Both the position numbers and the translations under genes were made by a program. Shown here one piece after another: positions 63,054 through 64,000 of a stretch of DNA of 64,000 nucleotides. The notes beneath the pieces are model-generated. The model had not been told where the DNA came from. It did not search any database and saw only the letters and a list, made by a program, of their open reading frames with translations. The first letter of the stretch is position 1; every line of letters starts with the position of its first letter. Source of the stretch: Spirochaetia bacterium (GTDB lineage Bacteria; Spirochaetota; Spirochaetia; SZUA-6; Bin103); contig CBDBDQ010000005.1 in assembly GCA_965203905.1 (NCBI GenBank), positions 2,080,001 to 2,144,000 of the forward strand, read 5' to 3'.

Positions 63054-64000
63054 TCAGCCCTCGGCCAGGCCGGCGACCGTCTCCGGGTTGACGCAGTAGC
63101 GCGGGCGCCTGCCCGCCAGTACCGCCGCCATGTCCTGCGCCATCGACACGTAGATGCGCTGCATCGCTCCCGGCGTGAGGCCGAGCACGTGCGGCGAGCA
63201 GATGCAGCGCTCGTGGCGGAAGATCGGGTGGCCCAGGTCGGGCGGCTCCGGCTCGAAGGTGTCCAGGGCCACCGCCCGCAGGCGCCCGGACTCCAGCGCC
63301 CGGTGCAGGATGTCGAGGCCGTCGATCAGGCCGCCGCGGCCCAGGTTGATCAGCACCGCGTCCGGTTTCATCAAGGCGAGGGAGGCGGCGTCGATCAGGC
63401 CCTCGGTTTCCGGGGTCAGGGTGGCGTGCAGGCTCACCACGTCCGCCTGCGCCAGCAGCTCCTCCAGTGGCAGCAGCGTGACGCCGGCGGCGCGCGCGTC
63501 CTCCGCGTGCACGAACGGGTCGCTGGCCACCACCTTCAGGCCGAGCGGCAACGCCAGCGACGCCAGGGTGCGGCCGATGTTGCCGAAGCCTACGATCCCC
63601 AGGACCGTGTCCTCCAGGTCGCGGGTGATCAACTCGTAGCGGGCGCCCCAGTTGCCGGCACGCACCTGCCGGTCCCAGTGGAACACCTCCTTGAGCAGCA
63701 CCAGGGCGAAGGTGAGGGCGCCCTCCGCCACCGAGCGCGCGTTGGCACCGGGGGTGTTGATCACCGGGATGCCGCGCGCGCTGGCCGCACCCACGTCGAT
63801 GCTGTCCACGCCAACCCCGGTGCGGCCGATCACCCGCAGCTCCGGCGCGGCGGCGATCACCGGACCGGTGATCCTGGCCTCGCCACGGCAGACGATGGCC
63901 ACCGCGTCGGCGGCCAGGCGGACGAAGGTCGCCTCCTCGATATCGGGGGTAACCACCAGCTCGCCGAAGGGACCGAGCTCCCGTTCCACGACTTCCCCGA
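63054..64000 (-). CDS. D-isomer-specific 2-hydroxyacid dehydrogenase (SerA-like), 5' end probably beyond window
   Basis: GVGVDSID, PGANARSVAE, GFGNIG, NLGRG, EP, SPH. Confidence 0.85.
   Translation of the reverse strand, partial: GEVVERELGPFGELVVTPDIEEATFVRLAADAVAIVCRGEARITGPVIAAAPELRVIGRTGVGVDSIDVGAASARGIPVINTPGANARSVAEGALTFALVLLKEVFHWDRQVRAGNWGARYELITRDLEDTVLGIVGFGNIGRTLASLALPLGLKVVASDPFVHAEDARAAGVTLLPLEELLAQADVVSLHATLTPETEGLIDAASLALMKPDAVLINLGRGGLIDGLDILHRALESGRLRAVALDTFEPEPPDLGHPIFRHERCICSPHVLGLTPGAMQRIYVSMAQDMAAVLAGRRPRYCVNPETVAGLAEG

Overview
Gene-dense, GC-rich bacterial chromosomal window. It is most likely from a high-GC spirochaete, an inference from the prfA-prmC-relA order and the TPR-lipoprotein/MltD-LysM/SH3 gene trio. 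Core content: a complete trp operon (trpL leader peptide with attenuator, trpE, trpG-D fusion, trpC-F fusion, trpB, trpA), trxA, icd, envelope genes, a frameshifted ABC-F gene, prfA/prmC/relA, clpS-clpA, purN, valS, ptsP, manA and several sugar/acid catabolic enzymes. Accessory content includes an AAA-ATPase with a broken partner after relA and a decaying islet at about 38.1-44.0 kb. The islet holds Fic, RelE-type TA and NYN pseudogenes, a large HNH nuclease gene, a synonymous duplicate of the phyH 3' end, and an ISKra4-like element with a 9-bp target duplication. A HigBA-like TA pair and a small-protein + retropepsin-like protease pair lie further on. The most interesting leads are: a short promoter-hairpin-U8 RNA directly in front of the NYN RNase gene (type III TA-like layout), a candidate ceramide synthase/reductase pair, the retropepsin cassette, the HNH gene with repeated internal palindromes, and an apparently leaderless trpL attenuator. 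No rRNA, tRNA or CRISPR array was seen. All family calls are by motif recognition; no database searches were run.
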